Source: Methanocorpusculum sp. MCE (GTDB lineage: Archaea; Halobacteriota; Methanomicrobia; Methanomicrobiales; Methanocorpusculaceae). Taken from it: a stretch of DNA of 55,299 nt. The stretch's first letter is position 1. Every line of letters starts with the position of its first letter. Where the stretch lies: NCBI GenBank assembly GCA_003315675.1, contig NIZU01000014.1:1-55299 (forward strand). Direction: 5' to 3'. The notes beneath the pieces were generated by a model, which ran no database searches, was not told where the DNA came from, and saw only the letters and a list, made by a program, of their open reading frames with translations. Position numbers and translations under genes: made by a program. This document shows positions 31,412-41,766 of this stretch, in pieces.

Positions 31412-33475
31412 ATGTCAGTCAAAGCTACCAAAATGCTCTCTGAAGCAGACGGATATGACCTTCTGCGTCAGTTTAATGTATCTGCTCCGGCCTTTGAGAT
31501 CGTCCAGACCCCGGACGATGCTGCAAAAGCCGCAACAAAAATCGGTTATCCCGTAGTAATGAAAATCGTCTCCCCCCAGATCATCCATAAAAGCGATGCG
31601 GGCGGAGTGATTGTCGGGATCAAGACGGATGCTGAAGCAAAAGAAGCATTCAATAAAATCGTAACCTCTGCAAAAGCCTATGATGCTTCGGCAGAGATCA
31701 AAGGCATCATCGTTGAAGAGATGGCAAAATCCGGCCTCGAGCTGATCATCGGCGGTAAAATCGATCCGGCATTCGGCCGTGTTCTTACCTTCGGTCTCGG
31801 CGGCACGTTAGTCGAGTTCTATAAAGATGTCGGGATCCGGCTCTTACCCTGCAGCGACGAGGATATCAGAAGCCTGATTCACCAGATCAAAGCCTACACG
31901 CTCATCAGAGGATACCGTGGTCAGGCTCCGCTGGATGAGGAGTTCCTCTTCCAGACGTTAAAGAACGCCTGTGCATTCTTCGAGAAAAACGAGAATGTCG
32001 TCGAGTTCGATATCAACCCACTCCGACTCTACGAGAAGGGAGGCTGCGCCGTCGATGCACGCGTTATCGTTCAGGACGGACCGGTCGAACTTCCGGCCCA
32101 CTACGATCCTGCAAAGATCGTTCCGCTGGACTACTACAAGCCAAGAAGCGTTGCCGTGATCGGTGCATCCGATGATCCGACCAAGATGGGATATGCGGTG
32201 TTCCGCAACCTTCTTCAGTTCCCGGGCAAAGTCTACCCGGTGAACAACAAACGCCCCGAGATTCAGGGCGTCAAATGTTATCCGACCCTTTCCGATATTC
32301 CGGGGCCGGTTGATATGGTGGCAATCACCGTGCCTGCTCAGCTCGTTCCGGGAATGATGAGCGAGTGCGGTCTGAAAGGCGTGAAGATGGCGGTCGTTAT
32401 CACCGCCGGATTCAAGGAGATGGACGAGGACGGCCGTGCACTTGAAAACCGCATGGTCGAGATCGCCAAAAACTACGGCATCCGTATCGTCGGTCCGAAC
32501 TGTCTTGGTCTGATCCTTCCGCCCTACAAACTCGATACGACGTATGTGTCCACCTCGCCTCTGCCGGGAGACATCGCGTTCATTTCCCAGTCGGGAGCTA
32601 TCGTCAACGCAGTTGTCGGAATATCCCTTTCCGAAGGCTCCGAGATGGGATACTCCGAGGTTGTTTCGGTCGGTAACCAGTGCGATCTGGACTTCCTGGA
32701 CTATATGAGCTATGCAGCCCGCGATCCGCACACCAAATCGATCATTCTCTACGTTGAGGAGATCAAAAACGGTGTGGCATTCATGGAGATGGCAAAGGAG
32801 ATCACCAAGACAAAACCGATCGTTGCCATCAAAGCCGGCTCTTCGAAGAGAGGTCAGGCCGCAGCCGCTTCCCATACCGGTTCCCTTTCCGGTTCGTTCG
32901 ATGTCTACATGGAGGCGTTTAGAAAGTGCGGCGTCGTTCCGGTCAAGACCCTTCCGGGTGCATTCCAGGTCGCAAAGGCTCTCGGCGATCTGAAAAAGCC
33001 GCTGACCGGCCGCCGTGCGGTCGTGATCACCAATGCCGGAGGATTCGCCGTTCTCTCTAATGACTACGCCGAAACCTGGGGCATCGAGATCGTCGATATG
33101 CCCAAGCACATCATCGATGAGCTGAACACTTTCCTCCCGCCGTTCTGGAACAAGAATAACCCGATCGATCTCTTGGGCGATGCCACCGAGGCACGCTTCA
33201 GAGGCGTCTTCGATGTTCTGTGCAGGAACGAGGATCTCTGGGATATGGCGATCCTCGTCAACTTCCCGAACAAAGTTCTGGCACCCGACCGGGTCGCCCA
33301 GATCCTGATCGACAATTCGAAACGCACCGACAATCTGCTGGTTGGAACCTTCGTTGGAGGAGACTGCTTAAAGCCGGGTGTCGATCTCTTGAAGAAGAAC
33401 AATATCCTGGTATTCGAGGAGCTGGAGTTCACCTACCGTGCCCTCGGACACCTCAGCTGGACTGCAGATCGCTGA
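31412..33475 (+). CDS. Acetate-CoA ligase (ADP-forming), fused beta-alpha subunits
   Basis: GYPVVMKIVSPQIIHKSDAGGV, DINP (ATP-grasp); VAVIGAS, GPNCLG, SQSG, SHTGSL. Confidence 0.93.
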   Translation: MSVKATKMLSEADGYDLLRQFNVSAPAFEIVQTPDDAAKAATKIGYPVVMKIVSPQIIHKSDAGGVIVGIKTDAEAKEAFNKIVTSAKAYDASAEIKGIIVEEMAKSGLELIIGGKIDPAFGRVLTFGLGGTLVEFYKDVGIRLLPCSDEDIRSLIHQIKAYTLIRGYRGQAPLDEEFLFQTLKNACAFFEKNENVVEFDINPLRLYEKGGCAVDARVIVQDGPVELPAHYDPAKIVPLDYYKPRSVAVIGASDDPTKMGYAVFRNLLQFPGKVYPVNNKRPEIQGVKCYPTLSDIPGPVDMVAITVPAQLVPGMMSECGLKGVKMAVVITAGFKEMDEDGRALENRMVEIAKNYGIRIVGPNCLGLILPPYKLDTTYVSTSPLPGDIAFISQSGAIVNAVVGISLSEGSEMGYSEVVSVGNQCDLDFLDYMSYAARDPHTKSIILYVEEIKNGVAFMEMAKEITKTKPIVAIKAGSSKRGQAAAASHTGSLSGSFDVYMEAFRKCGVVPVKTLPGAFQVAKALGDLKKPLTGRRAVVITNAGGFAVLSNDYAETWGIEIVDMPKHIIDELNTFLPPFWNKNNPIDLLGDATEARFRGVFDVLCRNEDLWDMAILVNFPNKVLAPDRVAQILIDNSKRTDNLLVGTFVGGDCLKPGVDLLKKNNILVFEELEFTYRALGHLSWTADR

Positions 33476-33587
33476 TCTGCACGGTCTGGTCTGCCTCTCA
33501 TATTTTTCTTTTTTCGTATCTGTTTTTTATGCAGTTTGATAACCGGTTTCAGATGCGGTCCTTTGGGGTATCTGTGATAATAAATTA

Positions 33588-33636
33588 GGATATCTCCACC
33601 GCGTCGGGCTCCGCGCCGGAGTCGCCCTCCCGCACC
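33588..33636 (+). repeat. Family A palindromic repeat, copy A7
   Basis: ggatatctccaccgcgtcgggctccgcgccggagtcgccctcccgcacc. Confidence 0.92.
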
Positions 33637-33802
33637 CAGGGAAAAAAAGTAACAGGCTTACAAGTGTGTTTTTAAGCTCCACGAACTCTAAGCTTGCGAA
33701 ACGTCTCAAGAGACTTTGACTCTTGGAATAATCCTTTGTGTAATCCAAGAAATATACTTTTCAACATACATTTCATATCTCCCAATCCTTTTTTTGATTC
33801 GG

Positions 33803-33850
33803 GGTGCGGAGCCGCGACTTCGGCGCGGAGCGGCCCGCGGTGGAGATATC
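33803..33850 (-). repeat. Family A palindromic repeat, copy A8
   Basis: Reverse complement gatatctccaccgcgggccgctccgcgccgaagtcgcggctccgcacc. Confidence 0.9.
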
Positions 33851-34009
33851 TTATTTTCGAGGCTTCAGGAATCCAAGCGACTCATCTTGATGGAATATTC
33901 AAAATACCCATTTTGAGAGGAGTTGGTTATCAACCAATCAAATGCACGCTCAGAGAAAATATTTCAGAAAAGCCAAACGCTATCGAATCGTTCGCGTAAA
34001 AAAAAGAAG

Positions 34010-35584
34010 TTACTCTTTTGACTGTTCAGTCAGAGAGTTTGGCTTATCCTTCGGATGAAGATACATGCCGGTGTAGGTCACATCAAGTGCCTTCTCGGAG
34101 TTCTTCTTCGTAAGCAGGCTCACAATGATCATCGCGGCGATCGAACAGGCCAGCGAATAAATCGAGAAGTGCATCGGCAACTTGTCGATGAAGTTGTAGT
34201 AAGCGCCGAACGCCAGACTGGTGATCAGACCGATAAGCATACTGGCGATTGCGCCCGCTGCAGTCGCCCGTCTCCAGTAAAGACCGGCGATCATCGGCAC
34301 GGCGAATGCAGAAAGCATCAGACCGATACCGAGCCAGATCAGGAATGCGAGCATCTCCGGCGGGTTGATTGCAAGAATCAGCGAGATGACCGCCGCCAGA
34401 AGAACGCAGATCTGACTCACGAGAACCACCTGACGTTCGCTTGCCTTCGGCTTGAGCATCGTCTTGAAGATATCCCAGGAGAAAGTCGTTCCGACCGTCA
34501 GCATAAGCCGGTCGGTCGTAGACATAACTGCCGAAAGAACGATCACCGCAAACAGACCCGTAATCAGAATGCTTGGACTTGCCGCCTGAATGCCATACAT
34601 CAGGGCAAAGTCCGCGACCCGGCCGCCTTCCGGCACAACGCCTGAAAGAAGTCCGTCAGCCTGCATGGATCTGACCGCCATTCCGCAGATCTTGATCAAA
34701 AGCATGATCACGAGGTAAATCGAGAATGCCACAAGCGGCGCCCACTTGAAGTAGGACGTTTTTCTCGCAGCAAACACGTTCGAAAGAACATGCGGTGCGC
34801 AGGCGAGACCCACAATCAGCAGCACGCCAAACGAGAACAGATATTCAGGTGTACAATAGGCGTATGCTTCCGTACTTCCCGAAGGGAACCAGGGCATAAC
34901 CAAATTCGGATCGATTGTTGCGAGAACCGTGTTAATATGCTCGAGACCGCCTGCATAGGTCAGGATAAACGGAGCTACGAGAATCACGCCGAAGATAAGA
35001 ATCAGACCCTGAACGAGTCCCGTCCATGAGACGGCATACAGGCCGCCGATAACGGTATATGCGGTGATGATGACTCCTGCGATCAGCAGGGCCTGCCAGT
35101 GTTCCAGCCCGAACGCCCAGATCAAAACGATACTGATGGCTGTGTACTGCCCGACAAGATATACCAGTGAAACTGCAATGCTTGCAATCGCAGAAAGGGT
35201 GCGAAGTTCCCGTGTGTTTTCATATCTGAGTGCAAAATAATCCACTATGGTCATGCACCCGCTTTTTCTGCCGATCTTATTGAGTTTTGAACCAAAGAAG
35301 ATGATACAAAACGCCGCCGACAATGGAACGAAAATCTGTTCCCAAATGCCCGGCCAGCCTGACGCAAAACCAAACCCGCTGGTTCCAACAAGCGTCATAC
35401 CGCTGCAGATCGAACAGACGATCAAAAGGGTAAAGAGCCAGAACCCGAGACTTCTGCCCGCGAGCATATAGTCTTCTGAATTTTTGATCTTCTTCGATGC
35501 CCATACGCCGATCCCAAGTAAAACTACAAAGTAAATGGCGATGAGCGCGATCGTAATAAATGTGCTACCTTCAGCCAGCGCCAT
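34010..35584 (-). CDS. Sodium:solute symporter family protein
   Basis: DYMLAGRSLG, YTVIGGLYAVSWT, SAVMSTTD, GLYWRRAT; many TM helices. Confidence 0.92.
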   Translation of the reverse strand: MALAEGSTFITIALIAIYFVVLLGIGVWASKKIKNSEDYMLAGRSLGFWLFTLLIVCSICSGMTLVGTSGFGFASGWPGIWEQIFVPLSAAFCIIFFGSKLNKIGRKSGCMTIVDYFALRYENTRELRTLSAIASIAVSLVYLVGQYTAISIVLIWAFGLEHWQALLIAGVIITAYTVIGGLYAVSWTGLVQGLILIFGVILVAPFILTYAGGLEHINTVLATIDPNLVMPWFPSGSTEAYAYCTPEYLFSFGVLLIVGLACAPHVLSNVFAARKTSYFKWAPLVAFSIYLVIMLLIKICGMAVRSMQADGLLSGVVPEGGRVADFALMYGIQAASPSILITGLFAVIVLSAVMSTTDRLMLTVGTTFSWDIFKTMLKPKASERQVVLVSQICVLLAAVISLILAINPPEMLAFLIWLGIGLMLSAFAVPMIAGLYWRRATAAGAIASMLIGLITSLAFGAYYNFIDKLPMHFSIYSLACSIAAMIIVSLLTKKNSEKALDVTYTGMYLHPKDKPNSLTEQSKE

Positions 35585-35586
35585 CT

Positions 35587-35700
35587 TTAGTCTTCATTCT
35601 CCTTAGGGAATGTAATACCCCAGATCAATAGGAGGATGATACACAAAATGATGGCTCCGCCAACAGTAAAAACCGTGATATCGGGTAATCCTAGTATCAT
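35587..35700 (-). CDS. 37-aa single-TM accessory peptide upstream of the symporter (not on the ORF track)
   Basis: MILGLPDITVFTVGGAIILCIILLLIWGITFPKENED*; stop lies 2 nt before the symporter ATG. Confidence 0.7.
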   Translation of the reverse strand: MILGLPDITVFTVGGAIILCIILLLIWGITFPKENED

Positions 35701-35854
35701 ATCAATAGTATGCTACGTGTTGACATATAACACGATCGGTTTTGTATCGGCTCTCCTCTCAGAAAAGAGTAGTACATGATACGAAAAACGCCAGATTCCG
35801 GGGTTTTTCAAACCTGATGCAAAAACCGGCGCATGACCGCGCAAAAAAAGAATG

Positions 35855-36331
35855 TTACAGAAGTTCCCGGCCTTCCGGGACTTCATACTGCTGCAGAACG
35901 CTTTTTTTCAGATCAATGACCGCCTTATCGAGAGGGACGGCAAATATGAACTTCGGCACATCCGCAAATCCGTGCAGACCGAAGATCACGTAAAAGGGAT
36001 TTCCCTCGGCTTTTTCATAAGCGAGATATTTGTCGTAGATCTCCTGCGTTGTCCTGGGCAGGTAGGCTTCGCCGTCTTCGCCGACAAACATCCTGCTCCG
36101 GTAGCAGGTGACCAGATCATAGCGCTTCTCGTCGGCATTTCTGAGAGCGAGAAGATCCGGTTCGCCCGGGCTTCTCTCCTCGCGGCCGGTTGCCGACCAT
36201 GTGCTTCCAAGCCGTTTGATCACGTAATCGCGAAACGCCAGAGCTACCAGCGGATTGCCGTCATCCGGCTCCGTGTCTTTGTCCGGGTACCAGACGCCGA
36301 GTGCCCGTTCGATATTGCCTAAAAATCCCAT
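35855..36331 (-). CDS. Hypothetical protein
   Basis: 158-aa ORF directly downstream of glnA on the same strand; EPDLL motif. Confidence 0.7.
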   Translation of the reverse strand: MGFLGNIERALGVWYPDKDTEPDDGNPLVALAFRDYVIKRLGSTWSATGREERSPGEPDLLALRNADEKRYDLVTCYRSRMFVGEDGEAYLPRTTQEIYDKYLAYEKAEGNPFYVIFGLHGFADVPKFIFAVPLDKAVIDLKKSVLQQYEVPEGRELL

Positions 36332-36337
36332 GTCTGA

Positions 36338-37840
36338 TCAGTTGATGTGAAGATACTGCTCCGCACATTCCGTGAAGAGGGTCTCCTCGCTGCGGAGTCT
36401 TTCGGAAAGACAGTTGTCATTGTATGCTCTCAGTTTTGCAGCCTGGCAATCGATGACTCCCGGTGGGAAGATGTCGTCTCTCTCGAAGATTTTTCGTTTT
36501 GCAATCAGCGCATCCGCCGATTCGGCACAGCTGAAAGGCAGCCTGCGCAGGGTCTTAATGAACGACTCGCACTCTTCGGTGAAGATGTTTCCCGATGCAA
36601 ACAGTTCATCGGATTTGGTGAGGGCGCCGTTCATACCAAGGCCGTGGATCGCCCCGCAGATCAGGCAGGCAATCGTTTCGTAGATGCTTGCCGAACCGTC
36701 GGCGACCCGGAACTCCAGGGTCTGCCTGTGGGGTTTTTCGGATTTTCTCTTGAGGCCGAAGTTTGCATCCGCCGCCATATCGACGGAATCGACCCAGCCG
36801 AGCGGTACCCGGACCACGACGGAACGGTTCTTCTCTCCCCAGCAGATGTAGGTCGGTGCGTTCTGATTCGGCACAAGTCTCAGATATGAGGTGGGAACAG
36901 TGTTCCCGAATCCGGTAACCGCATCGCTGATATCCAGAATGCCGACGATTATCCGCTTTGCGGTGTCGGAAAGCCTTCCCTCTTTGATCAGTACGTTCGT
37001 GCCGTTTTTCTCTGCGAGGAAGTGGATATGCAGACCCGAACCCGATTTGTCGATGGCGATCTTGGGAGCAAACGAGACCTCGACGCCGTACTGCATGCTG
37101 AGTTTTCTCAGGATCCATTTTGCAATGATAATCTGTTCGGCGGCCAGAATAGGACTGGTCGGCAGAAACTCGATCTCATGCTGCTCGTAATAATACCCGT
37201 CTTTGGTGAATGAACCTGCCTCTGCATGCCCGTATTTGATCATCCCGCCTGCACGGCCGATCATGAGCATGGCTTTGGTCCGCATCTCGCAGAATCTGCA
37301 GAAGGGATCCGATTCATGATACCCGATCCGGTTGTTTCTGTGGTAAAATGTCTCCTCTTTGGAGATGACGTAGTATTCAAGTTCACCAAGACATTTGAAC
37401 TCCATCCCGGTGTGTTTTCTGAACGCTGCCTCTGCCTGACGAAGGATATGTTCCGGAGATGAGGCAAGCGGCTGCCCGTTGCTGTTGTAGTACGAGCAGA
37501 GGATGTTGAGTGTCGGGACCTCGGCAAAGGTATCCATGAACGCCGTGCCGTATCTTGGAACGACATAGAGGTCTGAGCTTTCTGCCTCAATACACGAGAA
37601 GAGTTTTTTCCCGTCGACCCGTTCTCCTTCGGAGAGTATAGTGTTGAGCTGCTCCTTTGACGAGACGGCAAAATTCAGGGTTTTGAGTTTTCCGTCGCCG
37701 CCGGCATAGCGGAAGTTGACCATTTCAATATGGTTCTCCTCGCAGAAACGGAGGATGTCATCTTTTGTGAAATACTCCGGACTTTTTTTCAGAAACTGCA
37801 CCAAGTCGTTTGGGTTCATCAGGACCTCCGCATCGTTCAT
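36338..37840 (-). CDS. glnA: Glutamine synthetase family protein
   Basis: ELEYY, HAEAG, QHEIEF, FAPK..SGSGLHIH, SYLRLVP, NRSVVVRVP, EFR. Confidence 0.85.
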   Translation of the reverse strand: MNDAEVLMNPNDLVQFLKKSPEYFTKDDILRFCEENHIEMVNFRYAGGDGKLKTLNFAVSSKEQLNTILSEGERVDGKKLFSCIEAESSDLYVVPRYGTAFMDTFAEVPTLNILCSYYNSNGQPLASSPEHILRQAEAAFRKHTGMEFKCLGELEYYVISKEETFYHRNNRIGYHESDPFCRFCEMRTKAMLMIGRAGGMIKYGHAEAGSFTKDGYYYEQHEIEFLPTSPILAAEQIIIAKWILRKLSMQYGVEVSFAPKIAIDKSGSGLHIHFLAEKNGTNVLIKEGRLSDTAKRIIVGILDISDAVTGFGNTVPTSYLRLVPNQNAPTYICWGEKNRSVVVRVPLGWVDSVDMAADANFGLKRKSEKPHRQTLEFRVADGSASIYETIACLICGAIHGLGMNGALTKSDELFASGNIFTEECESFIKTLRRLPFSCAESADALIAKRKIFERDDIFPPGVIDCQAAKLRAYNDNCLSERLRSEETLFTECAEQYLHIN

Positions 37841-37950
37841 AATGATGTACTATTGTACTTTTTTGGTAATTAAGGGGGCTGTATAGACCCATGGCAGAGA
37901 GAGATATCTGCAGTGAAGGCCAAAAAATGTAAAGAAAAGAGGGGATATTT

Positions 37951-38853
37951 TTATTTGAGAAGAGCGAGTGCGTCGCTTACGCTTTTATTTTCCACGGTGA
38001 TCGCATAGATCGCATTGCAGAATTTGACCGCATCATCCAGGGATTTCTGGTGGATGTTTCTGCCGGTCGCGTTTCCGGATGCTCCGCCGACATGGATCTG
38101 GTCATAGAGTTCGCTGAGAAACTTCTCTTCCGTGGTGGCCGAGCCTCCGGCACAAACGAGTTTCGTGCGGCCTGCAGCGCGAACTGCTTCTTTAAGGAGT
38201 TCGGGAGAGGATTTCCCGTCTTTTTTGGGTGCATTGACCTTGACGAAGTCGCTGCCGAGACATGCGGCGACACCGGTCGCTCCGGCGATGAGGTGGGGAT
38301 CTTTTTCATCGCCGACGGCTTTACCTCTCGGATAAATCCAGAGTACGCTTACGAGGCCGTAGAAATGTGCATCGTTGATGATCTGGGCAGCTTCGGCAAG
38401 CATGTCTGCTTCGTTTTCACTGCCGAGATAGATCGTATAGCCCACTCCGGCGATCTTTATTCCCGACTCTTCAGCGATATTGACGATCTGCTCAACACTC
38501 CAAAGCTGCGGGGAGACGGGGTCTTTCTGGGCCACGTTCACCAGATGCGATTTGGAGTTCATCTTAACAAGATAGGGAAAGGACGGATAGTCCTCCGCAT
38601 ACCGAACGATAAGGCCCAGCTGAGCTGCCAGAACGCCGATCTTTGCTTTGGATGCGATGCGGAAGAGATGTTCCGGATCGGCATCATCTTCGGCAATCCC
38701 TGCACCAAAGAAATCATCGTTTAAGTGTTCTATTTTCTGATCTCCGGCAAAGAGCATCAGGCGGCCTGATCCCGCAGTGATCAGGTTATAATTGGAAGTA
38801 TAGGCGTCCCGCATGGCCCTGGGGACGTCGAGGGGGATCTTAATGTCGGACAT
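37951..38853 (-). CDS. Class I (DhnA-type) fructose-bisphosphate aldolase family
   Basis: LFAGDQKIEH, YTIYLGSE, WIYPRG, LGSDFVKV, AGG, GRNIHQ. Confidence 0.88.
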   Translation of the reverse strand: MSDIKIPLDVPRAMRDAYTSNYNLITAGSGRLMLFAGDQKIEHLNDDFFGAGIAEDDADPEHLFRIASKAKIGVLAAQLGLIVRYAEDYPSFPYLVKMNSKSHLVNVAQKDPVSPQLWSVEQIVNIAEESGIKIAGVGYTIYLGSENEADMLAEAAQIINDAHFYGLVSVLWIYPRGKAVGDEKDPHLIAGATGVAACLGSDFVKVNAPKKDGKSSPELLKEAVRAAGRTKLVCAGGSATTEEKFLSELYDQIHVGGASGNATGRNIHQKSLDDAVKFCNAIYAITVENKSVSDALALLK

Positions 38854-38906
38854 AATCATTATAATGTCTGGTATTCGACAGTGATTAACTTTATCTTTAC
38901 GTGAAA

Positions 38907-39350
38907 TCACAAAACAGGGATTTTCAGGAGAGTATTTTCGGCAATCATCACTTTGAGTTCGTTCAATACCGACTCGACCTGTTCGCTCAGGTTTTCCGTC
39001 CAGTCAAGACTCGCCGGCTGAATGCCGATGACGACGATTTTGCGTGACGGTTCGGCTAAAAAATCGACCAGATGATACAGCGGAAGCGTATGCGTACCGA
39101 TCGAGGTGTCGCGGATTTTTTCCGGGGGGATGACCCTGATTGATCCAGGCGCAAGTCCCATATCCGCAGCGTCTGCGATGATCAGCAGGTCGTGCTCGAG
39201 TTTGCGCACAAGTCCGGTGAAGTTTTCCGGGGCAGTCCCGCAGTTGAATGCGGTCACGCCGGGGGTTCCGGCAAGCATATACGCAAGTTTCGGTCCCGCC
39301 CCGTCGTCTGCATGCAGCGGATTGCCGATCCCGAGAAGAACTATCGACAT
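38907..39350 (-). CDS. hycI: Hydrogenase maturation protease (HycI type)
   Basis: LGIGNPLHADDGAG, GTAPEN, DAADMG, THTLPL, GIQP. Confidence 0.88.
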   Translation of the reverse strand: MSIVLLGIGNPLHADDGAGPKLAYMLAGTPGVTAFNCGTAPENFTGLVRKLEHDLLIIADAADMGLAPGSIRVIPPEKIRDTSIGTHTLPLYHLVDFLAEPSRKIVVIGIQPASLDWTENLSEQVESVLNELKVMIAENTLLKIPVL

Positions 39351-39394
39351 ACCGATCCGAAAAGAAACATCATTTCAACTCACCAAAAACAGAA

Positions 39395-39466
39395 TGCATC
39401 GACCGGGACTCGAACCCGAGTTTAGGCGTTGGCAACGCCTAGTGATAACCACTACACTATCGATGC
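39395..39466 (-). tRNA. tRNA-Gly (GCC)
   Basis: Minus strand GCATCGA..AGGCG-TTGCCAA-CGCCT..GGTTCGAGTCC..TCGATGC-A. Confidence 0.95.
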
Positions 39467-39549
39467 TTGCACTAATTACAAGGATGTATAAACATTAAAA
39501 GGATTCGATTTGGAGTTTTTAGGGGCAGGTAGAACACCCCTTTTTTCGC

Positions 39550-40341
39550 TTATTCCTCCCCGTCCCAGTATTCCCTGTCTTCCGCGTCATATGCCTGACC
39601 CGGATGTTTGAGATGCCACTCGGTTCTTCGCAGGATGCCGTGCAGCGTGCTTGCTTCACGGATAGTGAGTATTGTACGTCCAAGGACACGCCGTGCAAGG
39701 AGGAGGGTCGTCTCGCGTTTCTCGACCGGGTGCTGGATCCCTTCCAGGAACCTTCCAAGGTGGGCGTAGAGCGATTCTATCTCGATTTTACTTGCGAGAT
39801 GATACTCTCCGCGCTGAAGATGAGCGAGTTCGTAGCAGACGATCCCGACCGCGTGGGAAATATTGAGGATCGGGTATTCTTCGTCTGTCGGGATCGTGCA
39901 GACGATATCGCAGCGTGCGATCTCTTCGTTATTGAGTCCCCAGTTTTCTCTGCCGAAAAGGATCGCGATCCTGCCGTAGACGTCTTTGATCATCTCGCGG
40001 AGTTCGGCGACCGAGTAATACGGCATCCGCATAGGGTTCGTGACGGATTTTGCAAGACCGCCTGTTGTTGCGATACAGATATTACTTCGTGCAAAGACCT
40101 CGTCGAGCGTGATCCGTTCGGCGTTTTCCAATACGTCTTTGGCATGCGAGGCACGCGCTTCGGCTTCCATACTGAGTTTTGGCGGGTTTATGAGAACGAG
40201 GTTATGAAAGCCGAAATTTTTCATCACGCGTGCGGCGAAACCGATGTTTCCTTCATACAGCGGCTCCACAAGCACTATGTCGATCTGCAGAGGATCTTTA
40301 TTGGGTTTTTCCGGAAGTGACTCGGTTGTTTCGAGATGCAT
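39550..40341 (-). CDS. SPOUT tRNA/rRNA methyltransferase (TrmJ/TrmH family); start uncertain
   Basis: VLVEP..GNIGFAARVMKNFG, FGRENWGL, YPILNISHAV. Confidence 0.9.
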   Translation of the reverse strand: MHLETTESLPEKPNKDPLQIDIVLVEPLYEGNIGFAARVMKNFGFHNLVLINPPKLSMEAEARASHAKDVLENAERITLDEVFARSNICIATTGGLAKSVTNPMRMPYYSVAELREMIKDVYGRIAILFGRENWGLNNEEIARCDIVCTIPTDEEYPILNISHAVGIVCYELAHLQRGEYHLASKIEIESLYAHLGRFLEGIQHPVEKRETTLLLARRVLGRTILTIREASTLHGILRRTEWHLKHPGQAYDAEDREYWDGEE

Positions 40342-40425
40342 TATCTTTCATTTGAGACGGCGAATATTCAGTCTTGTGTTCGGGTAGGTGCCCGGACGAA
40401 AAAAAGAGGATGGATATGTAAGAGG

Positions 40426-41766
40426 TTATGTTCTCAGCATTTTATCGATGGCGACCGCGGCTTCTTTCGCGGTTCCCATCGCGAGAATCACGGTGGCAGC
40501 CCCTGTTGCGACATCGCCGCCGGCATAGACTTTGGGGATGCTCGTTTCGCCAAGACAGTTCACGGCAACACTGCCGTTTCTGTTTCTGGTAAGTTCGGGC
40601 AGCATCCGGAGAAGAAGCGGGTTTGGTCCCTGACCGATAGCTTCTATCACGACATCCGTCTCGACCACAAACTCGCTTCCTTCGATCGGGTAGAAGGAGC
40701 AGCGTCCGTCGTCTCCGGTCGTGCCGAGTTCCATCGTGATGGCTTTGACGCCCGAGACGGTATTGTTCTCGCCAAGGATCGCGATCGGATTCGTTGCCGT
40801 CATGAAGAAGACACCCTCCTCCTTTGCGTGGCGGACCTCGTCGAGTCTTGCCGGCATATCGGCTTCGCCTCTGCGGTACATCAGCGTCACGTCAGCGCCC
40901 ATCCGCCGGGCGACACGCGCAGCATCCATCGCGACGTTTCCGCCGCCGACAACTACGACCTTTTTCCCGACTTTTACCGGGGTGTCGTATTCTGGGAACT
41001 TGTTTGCTCCCATCAGATTCACCCGGGTCAGGAACTCGTTTGCCGAGTACACGCCGGGCAGATTTTCTCCCTGAATGCCCATGAAGTACGGCAGGCCGGC
41101 CCCTGTTCCAAGGAACACGGCATTAAAGCCGAGAAGCTCCTCGACCGAGACCGAACGGCCGACGATATGATTCGTTTCGATCTCGACGCCGAGTTTTTTC
41201 ACCTGGTTGATCTCATACTGCACGATATCTTTCGGTATACGGAACGCCGGAATACCGTACATCAGTACGCCTCCTGCTTCATGCAGGGACTCGAAGATCG
41301 TTACAGAGTGACCGCGGCGTGCGAGCTCAGCCGCACAGGCAAGACCTGCCGGCCCCGAGCCGACGACCACGACGTTCTTTCCTGTCGCTGGAGCACACTT
41401 CGGGCACTTCGCGCCCTTTTTGCGCTCAATGTCGGCAACGAACCGTTCGAGCTGGCCGATCGCGATCGGCGTATCCTTTATGCCGAGGACACAGACTCCC
41501 TGACCCTGGGTTTCCTGCGGGCAGACCCGTCCGCAGACGGCAGGCAGCATGTTGTCTTTTTTGATGATGTACACGGCATCCTGGAACTTCTCGTCGGCGA
41601 TCGCCTGAATGAATGCAGGAATGTCGATTCCGACCGGGCATCCGCTGATGCATTTCGGTTTTTTACACTGGATACACCGTTTTGCCTCGGCAACGGCCTC
41701 TTCTCTGGAAAGTCCGAGATCAACTTCTTTGAAGTCGGCAACTCTGACATCTGCATCGCGGTCCAT
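40426..41766 (-). CDS. nfnB: NfnB/SudA (GltD-like) flavoprotein subunit
   Basis: RCIQCKKPKCISGCPV, GSGPAGL, GGVLMYGIP, GGGNVAMDAAR, YAGGD. Confidence 0.88.
   Translation of the reverse strand: MDRDADVRVADFKEVDLGLSREEAVAEAKRCIQCKKPKCISGCPVGIDIPAFIQAIADEKFQDAVYIIKKDNMLPAVCGRVCPQETQGQGVCVLGIKDTPIAIGQLERFVADIERKKGAKCPKCAPATGKNVVVVGSGPAGLACAAELARRGHSVTIFESLHEAGGVLMYGIPAFRIPKDIVQYEINQVKKLGVEIETNHIVGRSVSVEELLGFNAVFLGTGAGLPYFMGIQGENLPGVYSANEFLTRVNLMGANKFPEYDTPVKVGKKVVVVGGGNVAMDAARVARRMGADVTLMYRRGEADMPARLDEVRHAKEEGVFFMTATNPIAILGENNTVSGVKAITMELGTTGDDGRCSFYPIEGSEFVVETDVVIEAIGQGPNPLLLRMLPELTRNRNGSVAVNCLGETSIPKVYAGGDVATGAATVILAMGTAKEAAVAIDKMLRT

Noticed and set aside
23237..39466. tRNA-Pro or tRNA-Gly as integration sites
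   Set aside because: I saw no duplicated tRNA 3' end or integrase; the flanking genes are housekeeping.
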